Assembly: GCA_035221665.1 (NCBI GenBank)
Contig: CM069160.1
Span: 3,472,001 to 3,536,000, forward strand
DNA: 64,000 nucleotides
Direction: 5' to 3'
From: Okamejei kenojei
Taxonomy: Eukaryota
Below the pieces are notes generated by a model. It did not search any database. It saw only the letters and a program-made list of their open reading frames with translations, and was not told the origin of the DNA. Shown here one piece after another: positions 1 to 12,572 of the stretch (position 1 is the stretch's first letter; the number at the start of each line of letters is the position of its first letter). The position numbers and the translations under genes were made by a program.

Positions 1-680
1 GCCCTTCAGCCCAACTTACCCATATAGGCCAACATGTCCCAACTACAGAAGTCCCACCTGCCCGCGTTTGCACGCTATCCCTCCTATTCATGTGTCCTAT
101 CCATGTACCTGTCTCACAGTTTCCTAAACGTTGAGATAGTCACTGCCTGACCTTCCTCCACTGTCAGCTTGTTTCATACTCCCACCACATTTTGTCTGAA
201 AACGTTACCCCTCCGATTCCTATTAAACCGTTTCCCCTTTTACTTTAAACCGATGTCTTCTGGTCCTTGATTCGTCTAGTCTGGGCAAGAAACTGGGTGC
301 ATCTACCCGATCTGTTCCTCTAATTATTTTATACACGTCTATAAGATCACCCCTCGCCCAGCTGCGCTCCAAGGAATAGATTATCAACCTACTCAACCTT
401 TCCCTATAGCTTTGACCCTTAAGTCCAGGCAATATATTCGTAAATCTTCTCTGTACCCATTGCAGCTTGACACATCTTTCCTATAACATGGTGTCCAGAA
501 CTGAACACAATACTCTAAATGCAGCCTCATCAAGATCTTATACAACTGCAGCATGTCCTCCCAACGTCTATACTCAATACTCTGATTGATAAAGGCCAAT
601 GTGCCAAAAGCCCTTTTGACCACCTTATCTACTCGCGAGTCCAACCGCAATGAACCATGCACCCTCGCTCCTAGATCCCT
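1..680 (-). mobile_element. CR1 LINE 3' fragment (RT C-terminal region and 3' UTR), degraded
   Basis: ORFs 393..662 and 223..432 contain CR1 ORF2 C-terminal motifs (LRLHLEYCVQFWTP, YSLER..RGDLIDVYKI, RTRRHRFKV). Confidence 0.85.
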
Positions 681-689
681 CTGCTCTAC

Positions 690-1120
690 AACAACGCCCC
701 ATCATTCCTTATCTTCTTATGGTCACACATTTTTGATCATTTTCATCTCTGGCCTTCGTCCAACCATTTCCAATCAACCCCTCTTTCACCTACCTCCGTC
801 TATAATTTACCAGACTTTGGCCCGATCATCTGTCGTCCTGTCTTCTCGTAATAACCCTTTCCCTCCAGTACGATTATGCCTGGCGACTTCCAACCATTTG
901 CCTAACAACACCCATCCCCTCGCCTATATCGATCTATTACCTGCGATGCTTTGCTGTGCCTCTCGCTTTTCCAAGTCCCCCCCCCCCTCACAGCACAGTA
1001 CAATCAGTCTGAGGAAGGGTCCCGACCTGAATCGCTGCCTACCTCTGTTCTCTAGAGATCCTGCCTCATTCCTACACAGTTATAGTTTGCATTCAGCATC
1101 CGTAGTTACTTGTCTGCACC
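690..1120 (+). mobile_element. Penelope-like element 3' end (pLTR) remnant
   Basis: Pyrimidine-rich tract ending in GTCTGAGGAAGGGTCCCGACCTGAATCG..CTCTAGAGATCCTGCCT, the same terminus seen next to GIY-YIG fragments elsewhere in the window. Confidence 0.55.
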
Positions 1121-1899
1121 ATTTGCTTGCTATTTTTGCGTCATTTTCTCGGTTCAATTTGCACGCTGCCGTGAAATAATGCTGTAGACACCGTGTAATC
1201 TTCATATTTGCATCTTATTGCAAGAAATGAAGATGTTGCATTAAAAACACTGAACCTGAAAACCTGCCCCAGCTTTTTTTTTTAATTACATCAGATTTCA
1301 TCCATTCTCGGTTTATGATGACTGAATATCTTTTTTTGTGTTCTGGGCAAAGTCTCAGCGAAATTTGCTGGACACGATTTCCACGCAGAGAGTGGTGGGC
1401 GTCTGAAACGCTCTGCCGATGATGGTCGTGTTAACAGACATGATGGGGCGTTTAAACTATTTTCAGATAAGCAGGTGGATGTGCAGGAAATAAAGGCATA
1501 TGGAACACGTGCTGGCAGAGGAGATTAGTTTAGCTGGGCATCATGTTCAGCAGGGATCATTTTCGCAAAGTGGCTTGACGTCGAGGCATCCAATGTGTAG
1601 TAAGAAACGTACCGGTCAGGTAGTATTTCTGGAAAAAAGGCATAGTTTACATTTCGGGCCGGGAATCTTTTTCAGACTCTTATCTTTGGCAGGGTCTCCA
1701 ACCGAAACGCCACCTACTACTTTTATCCAGAGGCATCTTGTGCACTAATTCTGTTTTGTTTCTCATTTGCGATAGTCAGTAATATTTCCTTCATGAATGC
1801 TTTTATGTAACATAATTTCTTACCATTGCGCTACGTCTCCCCACTCACCTGTGCACGAGGAACACACACACATGTACACACCGGTAAACATACACACGA

Positions 1900-2200
1900 C
1901 TACGTCGATCACCCCGACGGGGGCTTCGATCGTCGGCTGCGGGGGCTTTGATCGCCCCGACTGCGGATGGTTTGACTGCTCCGACCGCGGGAGAACAGGA
2001 GGAAGCAGATTTAACGTTATTGCCTTCCATCACAGTGAGGAATGTGGAATCCACTGTGATGGATGTTTATGTTCACTTTTATGTGGTTGTGTGTCTTGTT
2101 GCTTTTCACTCAGTGTGACAGTACGTTAACTAAAATTTCACTGTACCTTAATTGGTACATGTGAGAATAAACTGACCTTGAAACCTTGAACGTTGAAACA
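1900..2200 (+). mobile_element. Non-autonomous SINE-like repeat with Rex1/Babar-type 3' end
   Basis: Ends in AATAAA plus (CCTTGAAA)-like tandem tail; homologous to the inverted copy at ~2720-3400. Confidence 0.5.
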
Positions 2201-2348
2201 TAGATACACACTNNNNNNNNNNNNNNNNNNNNNNNNNNNNNNNNNNNNNNNNNNNNNNNNNNNNNNNNNNNNNNNNNNNNNNNNNNNNNNNNNNNNNNNN
2301 NNNNNNNNNNNNNNNNNNNNNNNNNNNNNNNNNNNNNNNNNNNNNNNA

Positions 2349-2448
2349 CACGCACCCACACGCACACACACCCACACGCACACACGCACACACACACACA
2401 CACACGCACACACGCACACACGCACACACGCACACACACGCGCGCGCT
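2349..2448. repeat. (CA)n/(CGCA)n microsatellite next to N gap 2213-2347
   Basis: Direct reading. Confidence 0.95.
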
Positions 2449-2517
2449 TGCGCCAGCAAACGAGCAATGGACGCTGGACATGTCGCTATAGTGTTTGAAT
2501 TCTGTAGCGTATTGATT

Positions 2518-2608
2518 CTGAGGAAGGGTCTCGACCCGAAATGTTATCCATTCCTTCTCTCCAGAGATGTTGCCTGTCCCGCTGAATTATTCCAGCATTT
2601 TGTGTCTC
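2518..2608 (+). ncRNA. Minimal hammerhead-ribozyme-like motif in Penelope-type terminal repeat
   Basis: CTGAGGA-A-GGGTC/TC/GACCC-GAAA-TGTT: CUGANGA core, perfect stem II, GAAA, NUH. Confidence 0.55.
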
Positions 2609-2719
2609 TTTGGCGATAGTGTCTGGTGGGGAGGGCGATGGGACCAGTGACCATATTGCTATTAATTTATTGTACTTACGGGAAAGATGAATTCATCCAC
2701 GTCGTAAATTGGGGGAAAG

Positions 2720-3400
2720 TTAAGGTACAGTGATGTGCGAATTACCATAGAGTCACACGAAAAAAAAGCAACAAGACACACAATTAAATAAAAGTCACAT
2801 AAACTTCCACCATATCGGATTCCCCACATTCCTCACTGTGATGGAAGGAAAACAGTCCAAACTTCTTCCTCTTTATTCTCCCCGCGGTAGGGGCAGTCGA
2901 ACCATCCGTCGGGCGATCGAAGCTCCCATAGCCGGCGGTCGAAGCCCCTGCATCGGGGCGAACGAAACTGCCGCGTCGGGGCGGTCAAAACTTCCGCGTC
3001 GGGGAGTTTCTACACATTCCCGCGGCTGGGTGTCCTCGAAATCGGTCTCTGACCAAAGACCGCCGCCTCCGTGATGTTAAAGTCCACAAGCATCCATGGA
3101 TGGAGCTCCGAGGTCGATACCTGGCAAAGGGATCGCGGGCTCACGCGATGGTAAGTCCGCAGTGGAGCTTCTCGAAGACGGTCTTCCCAATCTCCTCGAT
3201 GTTAGGCCGCAGATGTTAGACGGAGATACGATACGGAAATAAATAGCAGCTCCGTCGAGGAAAGAGATTAGAAAAAGTCTCCTCCAACCCCCCACCCCCT
3301 CCACCCCCCACATAAAACAATCTAAAGATCACTAAAATCATACATTTAATACATACTATTAAACACAAAGGAAATAAAGGACAGGCAGCTGTTGCTGGTG
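2720..3400 (-). mobile_element. Longer copy of the same SINE-like repeat family as 1900-2200
   Basis: Reverse-complement match to CCTTCCATCACAGTGAGGAATGTGG, GTGTGTCTTGTTGCTTTT and CACTGTACCTTAA. Confidence 0.55.
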
Positions 3401-3419
3401 GAATTACACATGAAACATG

Positions 3420-3945
3420 GAAATGCTGATAGGGGAGGCTTTTAGAACTGTGATAGGGAGAGTTCAGGGTCGGCAAGTTTCCATTAGACTGTTACAGTGT
3501 AGCCCAGCATTGGCAAGTCTAACGAACTCAGACTGACGAGGGATATTGAAAGACTGGCCTGGAAAATGGACGTCATACATGTCATGAGCGGGTAGCTGGA
3601 ACCAAACTGATCCCTCGTGGATTTCCGGGTTATGGAATGCACTCAAGATGGAAATCAGGAGGGCAAAACAGGTACATGAGATATTCTTGACAAATGTTAA
3701 AGACGACCCCCCAAACGATTCTGTAAATAAATGACGGGGAAAGGATTGCAATGGCGCAAAATGATTCCCTTAAACACCAGTGGGGTCATCTGTGTATTGA
3801 GCTGCAGGAGTTGAGCGTGGTCCCAAAGACATTCTTTTTGTTCCTGTTTAGTGTGGAGGTCATGGAAGCTTGGTATTATGGAAGAGAGCGTTGAAGTCCT
3901 GAATTGGTATAATGGAAGGGGAGCCGTTTATGGTCGTGAGATAAG

Positions 3946-3977
<32 letters not shown>

Positions 3978-4720
3978 AGGCCTGACCTATGACGTTGTGG
4001 GGAAACAAGGAACAAATGTCGGTGCTCTGGCTGAGATGTCTCCGGTGTAGTAGTGAAGGTCGTGACCCCAGTCTGACGAAGAGTCTAGACCTGAAACGTC
4101 ACACATTCCTTCTCTCCAGAGATGCTGCTTGTCCCGCGGAGTTTCTCAAGGATTTTGTGTGTATCTTCGGTTTAAACCAGCATCCACTGTTCTTCCCTGC
4201 ACGTTACATCGGTTCGTAGGCCAGCCGTAGAATATGAATGGAAGTGGGATATGGAGCAAAAATATAGCACGTGGGGTAGGCCGCAGTGGAATTCCGTTCG
4301 CATTCTGGTCGCCACGCTTTAATGAATATGCAGTTTTGGTGATTTACCAAGATGTTTGCCTCGAGTGAATTATCTCGTCTACGAGGGAAGTTGGATAAGC
4401 AGCGGCGTTTCCTTTGGAGCGGATTTTGGTAGTGGAGGCTGTTAGACCTATGTAAAATTGGAGCGGAGCGGGGGGGGGGGGGGGGGGTTTATGAACAGAA
4501 GTGGCAGAGGACAGGGATGTCTATTACTAGGGAGTAAAGGTTATCGTGAGGTGTAGGACATTTAAATTGGATTTCAGGCTAATATTTTCAGGCATGCAAT
4601 GCGCAAAATCTGGATGCGGATTAATAAACTAACAGGAAAGATGTCCTTAGTGCGTGGTTGAATCTTGAGAGCGAATTGATTGTATTGAGGCAAGAATAAA
4701 GTGCGATTAGTTTCTAATAA
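3420..4720 (+). mobile_element. Highly degraded CR1 fragments with an inserted Penelope-type terminus (~4070-4200)
   Basis: Remnants of APE-region and CR1 3' sequence (CATTCTGGTCGCCA, CCTTTGGAGCGGA). Confidence 0.4.
4070..4102 (+). ncRNA. Minimal hammerhead-ribozyme-like motif
   Basis: GT-CTGACGA-A-GAGTC/TA/GACCT-GAAAC-GTC-AC; GUC cleavage triplet, ACGT palindrome, stem II partly mismatched. Confidence 0.55.
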
Positions 4721-5148
4721 CACAGATAGGTGCTTAGCGCCGGGAGGATGTTGGGTGAAAATAAAAGAACAAGTTGGAGATGCGGTAAATATGAAATCTG
4801 AAATATAAAATCTGATATAAAGGTGCCGACCAGGCAACACCCGTGGGAAAGGAGACAGAGCCACTATTTCCCGGCCTCCTTGCAACTTAACCAGATTCGG
4901 TTGTCTTTTCCAAATTCTGGTGAACTGGTCCGTTGGAGCGTCCATCACTTTCTCGATGACACTAGGTTGCGCGAATTAATTTAACTCTTCAATTACCGCG
5001 ATTAATGTGTCAAGAGATCTGAAACGTCAGCCGGCTAAGATGTGTAACATTGTACTCAACCCGATAACTAATGGTCACTTCATCTGTTTGTCACAATACT
5101 CCTCCGATGCACAGAAGTAATATCAAGCTTTAACTTCCCTCTACTGAC

Positions 5149-5184
5149 AGTCTGAAGAAGGGTTTTCGGCCCGAAACGTTGACT
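5149..5184 (+). ncRNA. Minimal hammerhead-ribozyme-like motif
   Basis: CTGAAGA-A-GGGTT/TTC/GGCCC-GAAAC-GTT; stem II kept by G-U pairs. Confidence 0.6.
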
Positions 5185-5399
5185 ATTTCCTTTCGCTTCA
5201 TAGATGCTGCCGCACCCGTTCGAGTTTCTGCAGCATTTTTGTGTACCTACTGATTATAGATGATCAGCCATGATCATATTGAATGGCGGTGCTAGCTCGA
5301 AGGGCCGAATGGCCTACCTCTGTCACATACTTTCTATGTGTTTCTACTTTCTATGTTTCCAAAGGGACCATTGAATTACGCTGTCTCGCCCTCAGCATC

Positions 5400-7260
5400 A
5401 TGTTTTGACCACGATGTGCTGAGGACGTGTCAGGCGGCATATGTGGGATGGGACGGGTCTGAGGGTGGTCCGTTCAGGTCGAACCTTTCTTCATGTTATA
5501 GTGGGAATGGGGAAGGGCAGAAATGCTGAGTGTAGCCGCTAAACTGGTCACGTCCGGGGTGCGAGCGGAGGGACAACTCTATGACAAGGGATAGGTGGAT
5601 AAAGGTGAGGGGAGGAATTGAGTGCCATATGTTGCACACAACGTCTACGGTTGAAAGGAGGTAAAGGTAGTGGGAACAAACGACGAGCTCAAAATGAGAC
5701 AAAAGGAGTGAAACAAGGATAACAAAAGTTGTCCAATAAGAGGGATCGGAGTGATGAGGATAAGCCAGAGGGAGAATATATGTGCAGGGGTGGGGAAGGA
5801 GGAAAGGGAGGAGGGGGGGGGGAATGGGTGCGCACCAGGTTAAGGGGGTACAGGCAAGCGAGGGGAAAGGTGGAGTGAGGGGATGGGGGTGGGGGGGGGG
5901 GTGAGGGGAGGTGGGGGGGGAATGTCACTAAAATTGAACCTAAATCAATGTTCAACCCCTTGGGTTGCTAGCTACCCACGATCATATCTCAGATTCCGAG
6001 ACTTGAAACTGTCATCAGGAAAAGCCCAGCATATTGATCCTTGGTTCAAGGGACGGTCGAGAAAGAGCCCCCGTCTAATACTACTCTCTAGNNNNNNNNN
6101 NNNNNNNNNNNNNNNNNNNNNNNNNNNNNNNNNNNNNNNNNNNNNNNNNNNNNNNNNNNNNNNNNNNNNNNNNNNNNNNNNNNNNNNNNNNNNNNNNNNN
6201 NNNNNNNNNNNNNNNNNNNNNNNNNNNNNNNNNNNNNNNNNNNNNNNNNNNNNNNNNNNNNNNNNNNNNNNNNNNNNNNNNNNNNNNNNNNNNNNNNNNN
6301 NNNNNNNNNNNNNNNNNNNNNNNNNNNNNNNNNNNNNNNNNNNNNNNNNNNNNNNNNNNNNNNNNNNNNNNNNNNNNNNNNNNNNNNNNNNNNNNNNNNN
6401 NNNNNNNNNNNNNNNNNNNNNNNNNNNNNNNNNNNNNNNNNNNNNNNNNNNNNNNNNNNNNNNNNNNNNNNNNNNNNNNNNNNNNNNNNNNNNNNNNNNN
6501 NNNNNNNNNNNNNNNNNNNNNNNNNNNNNNNNNNNNNNNNNNNNNNNNNNNNNNNNNNNNNNNNNNNNNNNNNNNNNNNNNNNNNNNNNNNCAAACCTTT
6601 TCCCGCTCAAACCATCCCCTCCCAGTATATCCCGAAAAATCGCCGGAGATGTCACACACTCGCTATACTCTTCTATCATATCATATTTTAGAACCAAAGT
6701 GTCCTTCCAGGTGACGCAACGGTCAGGAGATCGCCTCTAATCGTATCTACTGCATCCTCCGGTTATCCTAAATCCTAGTCCTACTTGTTCCAACCATCTG
6801 CCTGGCCAATCTTTCCGTCACCGGTAAAGGTATGGAATCCGAGAGACACTTTTCTTACAAAAAAAGGTTTTTCTGGAACGACTTTGCCAAAGAATTGGTG
6901 TTTCATGTACTATCACAAGGACTAAACATTAAAACAAGTTGGCAGGTACATTGATAGGGTAGGTTTAGAAAGGATATGCGGCATAAACACGCAGATGGGA
7001 CTCGTGAAGATGAATTATATTGGTTTGAAGTTGGCTATAAGACTTGTTTTCCGTGCAATATGCATCTATGAGCACCATAGCCCGTATCAACCCTGTTCTA
7101 CCTATAACCTATATGTTTTGTCCTGCCCCCTTCCCACACTTCAAACCTATAATCCCCCATACACATGTCTGATGAAGCGTCCATAGCCGTAACGCGCACC
7201 CTATGTAAACGCGTCTTCTGAGATGTTGCCTTGACTCCGCTAAGTTACTCTCTTGTCACT
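5400..7260. mobile_element. Penelope-like element fragments on both strands around N gap 6092-6591
   Basis: Minus strand ~5930-5975 reads ..QPKGLNID (PLE C-terminus). Plus strand ~6690-6760 reads ..KVSFQVTQR..IYCI (start of GIY-YIG). Degenerate hammerhead terminus at ~7168. Confidence 0.55.
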
Positions 7261-7728
7261 CCTCCAATAAATCCAATCGTTTTTACACAGATCCAAGTAA
7301 ACCCAACCACAGAAATCTCTCTAATAAAAGTCCCTCTAGCTGGAGTAGACTGCCGTCGCATATATATTTCAAGTCTTGTGTCGCCCTTTTGGCCCTCCAA
7401 CAAATCGAGAGGTAGCGAACATTAATGACCCTTGCCACAACTCTGACAGCCCAGGCCAATTATTACCATCTAAACATAGAAGTAATTCTGGAAAATGTAG
7501 TACATGCAAATTTAATCCGGTAAATAACACGATATCTCACCATTGAGAAAATATTTGCGACGAAACGTTCACTGCAACGCTTTTGCCTGGCCCGGTTGAT
7601 TTCCCTCCAGCAATTTATCCTTTAGCTCAAGGTACCACAATCAACACTTCCTGGTGTCCTCTCCACCAAAGCGTTCGCAGTTTGAACAATACAGTGCTCT
7701 AACTCTCACTCGAATTTTCTCGCTCTGA

Positions 7729-7734
7729 TATAAA
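7729..7734 (+). promoter_or_regulatory. Putative TATA box of GPCR locus A1
   Basis: TATAAA ~70 bp upstream of ATG 7802; same spacing at the paralogous loci. Confidence 0.4.
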
Positions 7735-7801
7735 TAAGATACACGTTGCAAGCAACACATGACGATATCATATTCAACCGAGACATTAATTTCTCCTGAA
7801 T

Positions 7802-7881
7802 ATGAAGTCTAGTCTCAGTAAATCGATGCAAATAGAAAGTGTTTATTATCCCTATTCATGCAAACATATTGACGTTTCCTG
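7802..7881 (+). pseudogene. GPR139-like: GPR139-like GPCR locus A1, exon 1 (frameshifted)
   Basis: M..MQIESVYYP/IHANILTFP followed by G|GTAAT donor, matching the YP..P-G|gt pattern of the other exon 1 copies. Confidence 0.55.
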
Positions 7882-10369
7882 GTAATATTCATTCTGGAGA
7901 AGTTCCTAACAGTAGTTCGTTTGCAGGCGTTTGTTTCATGGACGTTAATGACTATGAAACAAAATGGGAAAGTTTGGTTTGTATCAATGTCATAAACACT
8001 TTCTGTTATGTCACTAGCCTACTTGAGAAGTTGCCATTTGAATCATAGCGCAAGGACGGAGAATGAGAAAAAGCGGGGCAAATCTGGGGGAGCACTCGGC
8101 GACGGCACGCGTTGACCATAATGGGGAACGGTTTCTAAGTGGACAAGGTAAAGAGTTATACGGAAACGAGAGAACATTTAATTTGGGAAGACAGGGTTTA
8201 TGTTTGCATGGCTTTCGGTTTGAACAGGTCCCGGAGTGTAGAGACTAAGCACGCGACCTTTCAATAGGATCAGATTGATTCTGAACCTAGAGGCCTAGAA
8301 ACAGTGCACGCTCTGATCCAAAGGAGTGTCTGTGGCAAGGAAAGCGATGAGAGATGTGGGTCGTACGGGATCATTCGCCGACTTCAGAGAGGCATGATCG
8401 TGTTGAATATTTAACCAAGGCTGAATAGTATGTTACCTGCTGTTTCTCAGATTCCACAGTTCTTCTAGTAGAGAGAAATATGCCGAGATAAAATCGATTC
8501 TTCACGAGAAACTATAAAGCATTGGAGTTGAGCGATGGGAATTCTGCGGTATTATCGTCATATTCCGCATAACATCCCCCTGACAGTTCATAAAAAATTT
8601 ACATACAATAGGAAACTCGATGTGGGCTGAATCATTTGCATCCGACCATCGGTTTATATTCGATCCTATTAAGCCCGAATCGCGCTGCGTGTGCTTGTTG
8701 GTTCTCCGACGGAACGTGCGCAGGAATCCAAGCGTACTATGCTGATTTCCGCACATCTGTGGCGACGGATAGGACGTCGAGCTCCAATGTCACTTTCAAA
8801 GTTGTTAGCGCCAGTTAGGAAATTAAAAAACAAATACTACATAGGACTCGAGTAGCTTTGAGTTGATGGTAAATAGAAGTCTGAGAGCGTTCAGTTGATA
8901 CGCACCTGATGGTGTTCTCCTACGTAAGATGGAAGAGGGAGTGATGTGCGATGAGATCCACACAGTCCTTGAATGCTCGTTAAATCCTCAGTTCACTACA
9001 GGAAAAGAATATTATAAATGTAAGCGACAGCATAGTATAGAGAACGGATATGTGGCAGTTAATGATGTGAATTTAATGCGTATCCTTAATCATAATAATT
9101 ATTTTTAAATTAAATTGTTTGATTATTTTGTGAGTGTTGTGTTCCTTAAGCCTTGCACTTTTAAAATGGCTGTTGTTTTGTTCTACCTGTGCGTTAGAAC
9201 GAAAACTAATTGTCAAGTTGTCAAAAATGATGTCTAGGCCCTTTAAGCCGTCTAACCTGAAGCCTAAACGAGTCCGTAGATCTGTACACAGCAGTACATA
9301 TCTTTTCTAGCTTTGGAGAATCTCTGACCTGGCCCCCAATGTACCAAGCACCAATATTGCCACAGAAGCGGGTAAATCCGCGGATTACATTCAGGGCACA
9401 AGTTCAGTTCCGAACGACTCAACCATTGCACACAGTTATTGTGAGAGAAATAAGGTCACAGCCCTTAAGAGTTACCTCTTTATACCGAATAATACATCTG
9501 TTACCCTATGGAATATTCATGGCTGATATTATGAAGATATAACTATGGCGTGATATAAGCGCATTTAACAGAGCTCTTATGTGGAGTTGCGTCCTGTTAT
9601 ATTCATTAATATACACAATCAGAGCACAACCGCGGGTGCAACATGAAATGCCACCTGGAACATATTAACGCGGCACAGTATTTGGGAGATAAGTAAATAC
9701 CCAGCACTTTTTGTATATTCCCAATAAGTTCCGTTCTGACAGACTGGACGCAAATTAAAACGACAGTGTCCAAATTATGTATTAATTAATCGCAAATGGA
9801 TAGTAAAACATAATAGAAAGGGCGTCACTCAGTGCACACGTCCTCCATAACAAACTACACTAACATTCCGATGTTTTGACGTGCAATCAAATCGACAGAC
9901 AAGTGAGTGCAGTGCTGGGTCTCGTGGAAAAAAGAATAAAACGCAGTCCAAAAGTCAAGACTCGGAGTAATTTATTGTCATAAGTCTCACATAGAATAAT
10001 GGTAATTCTTACTTGTACAGCAAAACAAATATGTAAACACAGTACTCTGATCCTGGGCAATTTCAGCTTTGTTCTGCAACATTGGTGGAAAAACTGTGTA
10101 GGCACCGTTTCGAATCGGATATTTCGATTTTGAAGAGAAACTGGTCCGTCGTACCTAGGGTTGGTCTATTTCTCTCCTCGGATGCTGCCAGAATGACTGG
10201 CTCTTCTGCACTTTGTATTTTTTTCTCGTCTTGAATCTCCAATAGTTTTGCAACAAAGCGAAAGATAACTTAATGCGACGTCAACATGTCAAATCTCCCT
10301 CAAAACGTAGTCCATAAAATTTGTACCAGAGAATAGAGAGTATCTATATATGTTTCTTCTATGTTACAG

Positions 10370-11290
10370 CGGATTGTGGCAATCATCATTTAACTGTCGG
10401 GAAATTGGTGGCCTCTCATATGATCACCCGTTTCCTGGTGGCTATGGCAGCAGCTGATCTCATGGTCCTGATAGTTAAAGTGTTCTGTATGAAATATAGA
10501 ATGCTTAGTTTCTCAAAATTAATTCCTCAATTACAACCACCCATTTGCAGTCTGAACCTGCCCTTCTTTTTGTTTTCCCGGATTGCTCCGCTGGTTTGGG
10601 GGAGTGGTTTAGGGGGGTGGGAAAAATAACCGTGCCCATTCAAACCGTTGATCGTATTATTTATATTGCCATCTGCCGTTTGCGAAAACGATATTGCAAC
10701 TGAAAGAACTGTATCTATTTGATGCTGTGATATGTTCGCTTAGCAATTAGACAATTGAGTGCTTATTTAATATATAAACCACGAGCAATAATCGACAATG
10801 TGCCATGGTTTTTGTTCGTAAGGACCAATCTGTTTACATCTCCTGTATGGCAGCTTTTCTTTGGTTTGATACTATCCTAAACCAAATTGTGCCATTGTTG
10901 ATGATACTTCTTAACTCCTGTTACCATAAGGACAATTTAAATGTCCAACAGGAGGCAAGACTTCACAGCCAGAATACACAAAGGGAAACGATCCGAGATT
11001 GAAATCCGAAGGAAATCTATAATTTTATTGCTTGCAATAAACAGGAGCTTCATACTCTTGTGGATGGTAATATTCGTGACCTTTCATTCTGTGACATTCA
11101 CAAATAAATCAAACATTATCAACCAATTATAATGACCCCTTCACTGTTGCTGAAAAATCTGGTTATATGCTAAAGGAGTTTAAGTGCTTGCACGAATACA
11201 TTTATTTATGCTGCATCCCAGGCTCAATTTAGAGATGAATTGAAGAGTATGTTTAGGTACCCTCTAACGTGCGTCAGAGGGTTACTGTGA
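10370..11290 (+). pseudogene. GPR139-like: GPR139-like GPCR locus A1, exon 2 (many frameshifts)
   Basis: Acceptor TTACAG 10364-10369. Fragments ITRFLVAMAAADLMV (TM2), IIDNVPWF, FLWFDTILNQIVPLL (TM5), RRKSIILLLAI..FILLWM (TM6), TNTFIYAASQAQFRDELK (TM7/H8); TGA ends at 11290. Confidence 0.85.
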
Positions 11291-12374
11291 TACATTCAGT
11301 CAGTTCAAAAACCGAAAGGGAAACTCATTGCAGAACTCTATTTTTTGCTTCATTTTGGCTGACAATTGTTCAGAGAGATATCTCAAGGACCTGTGTGATT
11401 TAAAAACTATGCGTGATACTCATTCAGATCAAAGCGTTTATTGTCAATTGCAACAAAGTGCAATTTATTACCTCTTTAGCAAGAACGGCGTATTGCGATG
11501 GTGGACACAACAATAAATATAGCAAAGAAGGTAGAGATTAATGCAAAGATTACCGTGCAATCTAAAGACGTGCAGAAGTACTAAAGTGTAAATACGGATT
11601 AAAACGTGCGAACTAGAGTTAACACTAACAGTATTACGCAACACCTCCTTGAAAGGTACGTGAAAGAGATGATTGGTTCGGGATCTAATTACTGCGAGGT
11701 ACAAGTCAGCCAGTAACAGCCAATGATAGCTCTTTTGAGAATCATGTTATCACATGCTGAAGTATGTAACTTCTTCCAATCCTGCATTTGTATCAATCCT
11801 TTGTATAAAGGAACGATCTAATTCCATGCACTCATTCAATTTATGACTTTGAATGTGAGGGCAGACAATACAGTTACGGGCCAGGGTCAATTACGTGCAG
11901 AGGGATGTTCTTCGTCTCAAGATGGGTACCGACCCGAAACTCGCCTATCCATGTTTTCCAGAGAAGCTATCGGGCCCGCTGAGTTAATCCAGCACGTCGT
12001 TGAGACTTCCGTGCAGTCAGCATCTTTATTTCCTTGTGTCCACATGACCAGAATAAATATGGAAATGAGAAAAATGACTGTATTAGACACAATTATTATT
12101 ATTATGTAGTAAATCGCTCTCTGTGTCTCTGTCGCCACTTGGGCGTGATCGTGTGCGTGTGTGTTTCTGTGTGGGAGATGTATGGTAATGCTGAGACTTT
12201 AGTTGTGTTTGCATTGGTAATCCCCTAGACTTTGTCGTACTGAAGGAAATAGAAAGTGTGTCCACCAGTTACGATGTGTCATAGTGTATGATAGTGGTGA
12301 ATGGTTTCTTGCACCGCGACTTTCACCCGATACTAACTGAGAATTCCGCAATGGAATCTATCAGCGGAGAAGAG

Positions 12375-12570
12375 TTCACGCACTAATCAGTATCAATGGT
12401 GCTGACGTGAAAACGGTTGAGAGGTTCAGCTATTAGCCGTAAGTATTACCATGAATCTGTCAGTTAGTGATCAGCCAAGAGGCCTATACTTACTAAATAG
12501 ACCGAGGAAATTCTGCACGTCACCAAAGACATTTAAAAACCTTTACAGATGTGCCGTATAAATCATACTA
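12375..12570 (+). mobile_element. Rex1/Babar LINE RT C-terminal fragment
   Basis: Degenerate ISINGADV..VERF, RLY.L.R.RKF..SPKT..NLYRCAV..IL motifs. Confidence 0.6.
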
Positions 12571-12572
12571 CG

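Noticed and set aside
586-1179. 197-aa ORF
   Set aside because: Antisense read-through of CR1 plus Penelope terminus; no protein features.
5883-6740. Long ORFs spanning N gaps (also 2110-2498 and 17099-17602)
   Set aside because: Artefacts of N runs and microsatellites.
8634-8641. Octamer ATTTGCAT (also ~1207)
   Set aside because: Expected by chance; no Ig V exon, RSS or snRNA nearby.
10321-10369. LYQRIESIY as an intronless N-terminus of locus A1
   Set aside because: No ATG and no G-[IV]-P motif; it contains a pyrimidine tract and AG acceptor at the conserved intron position.
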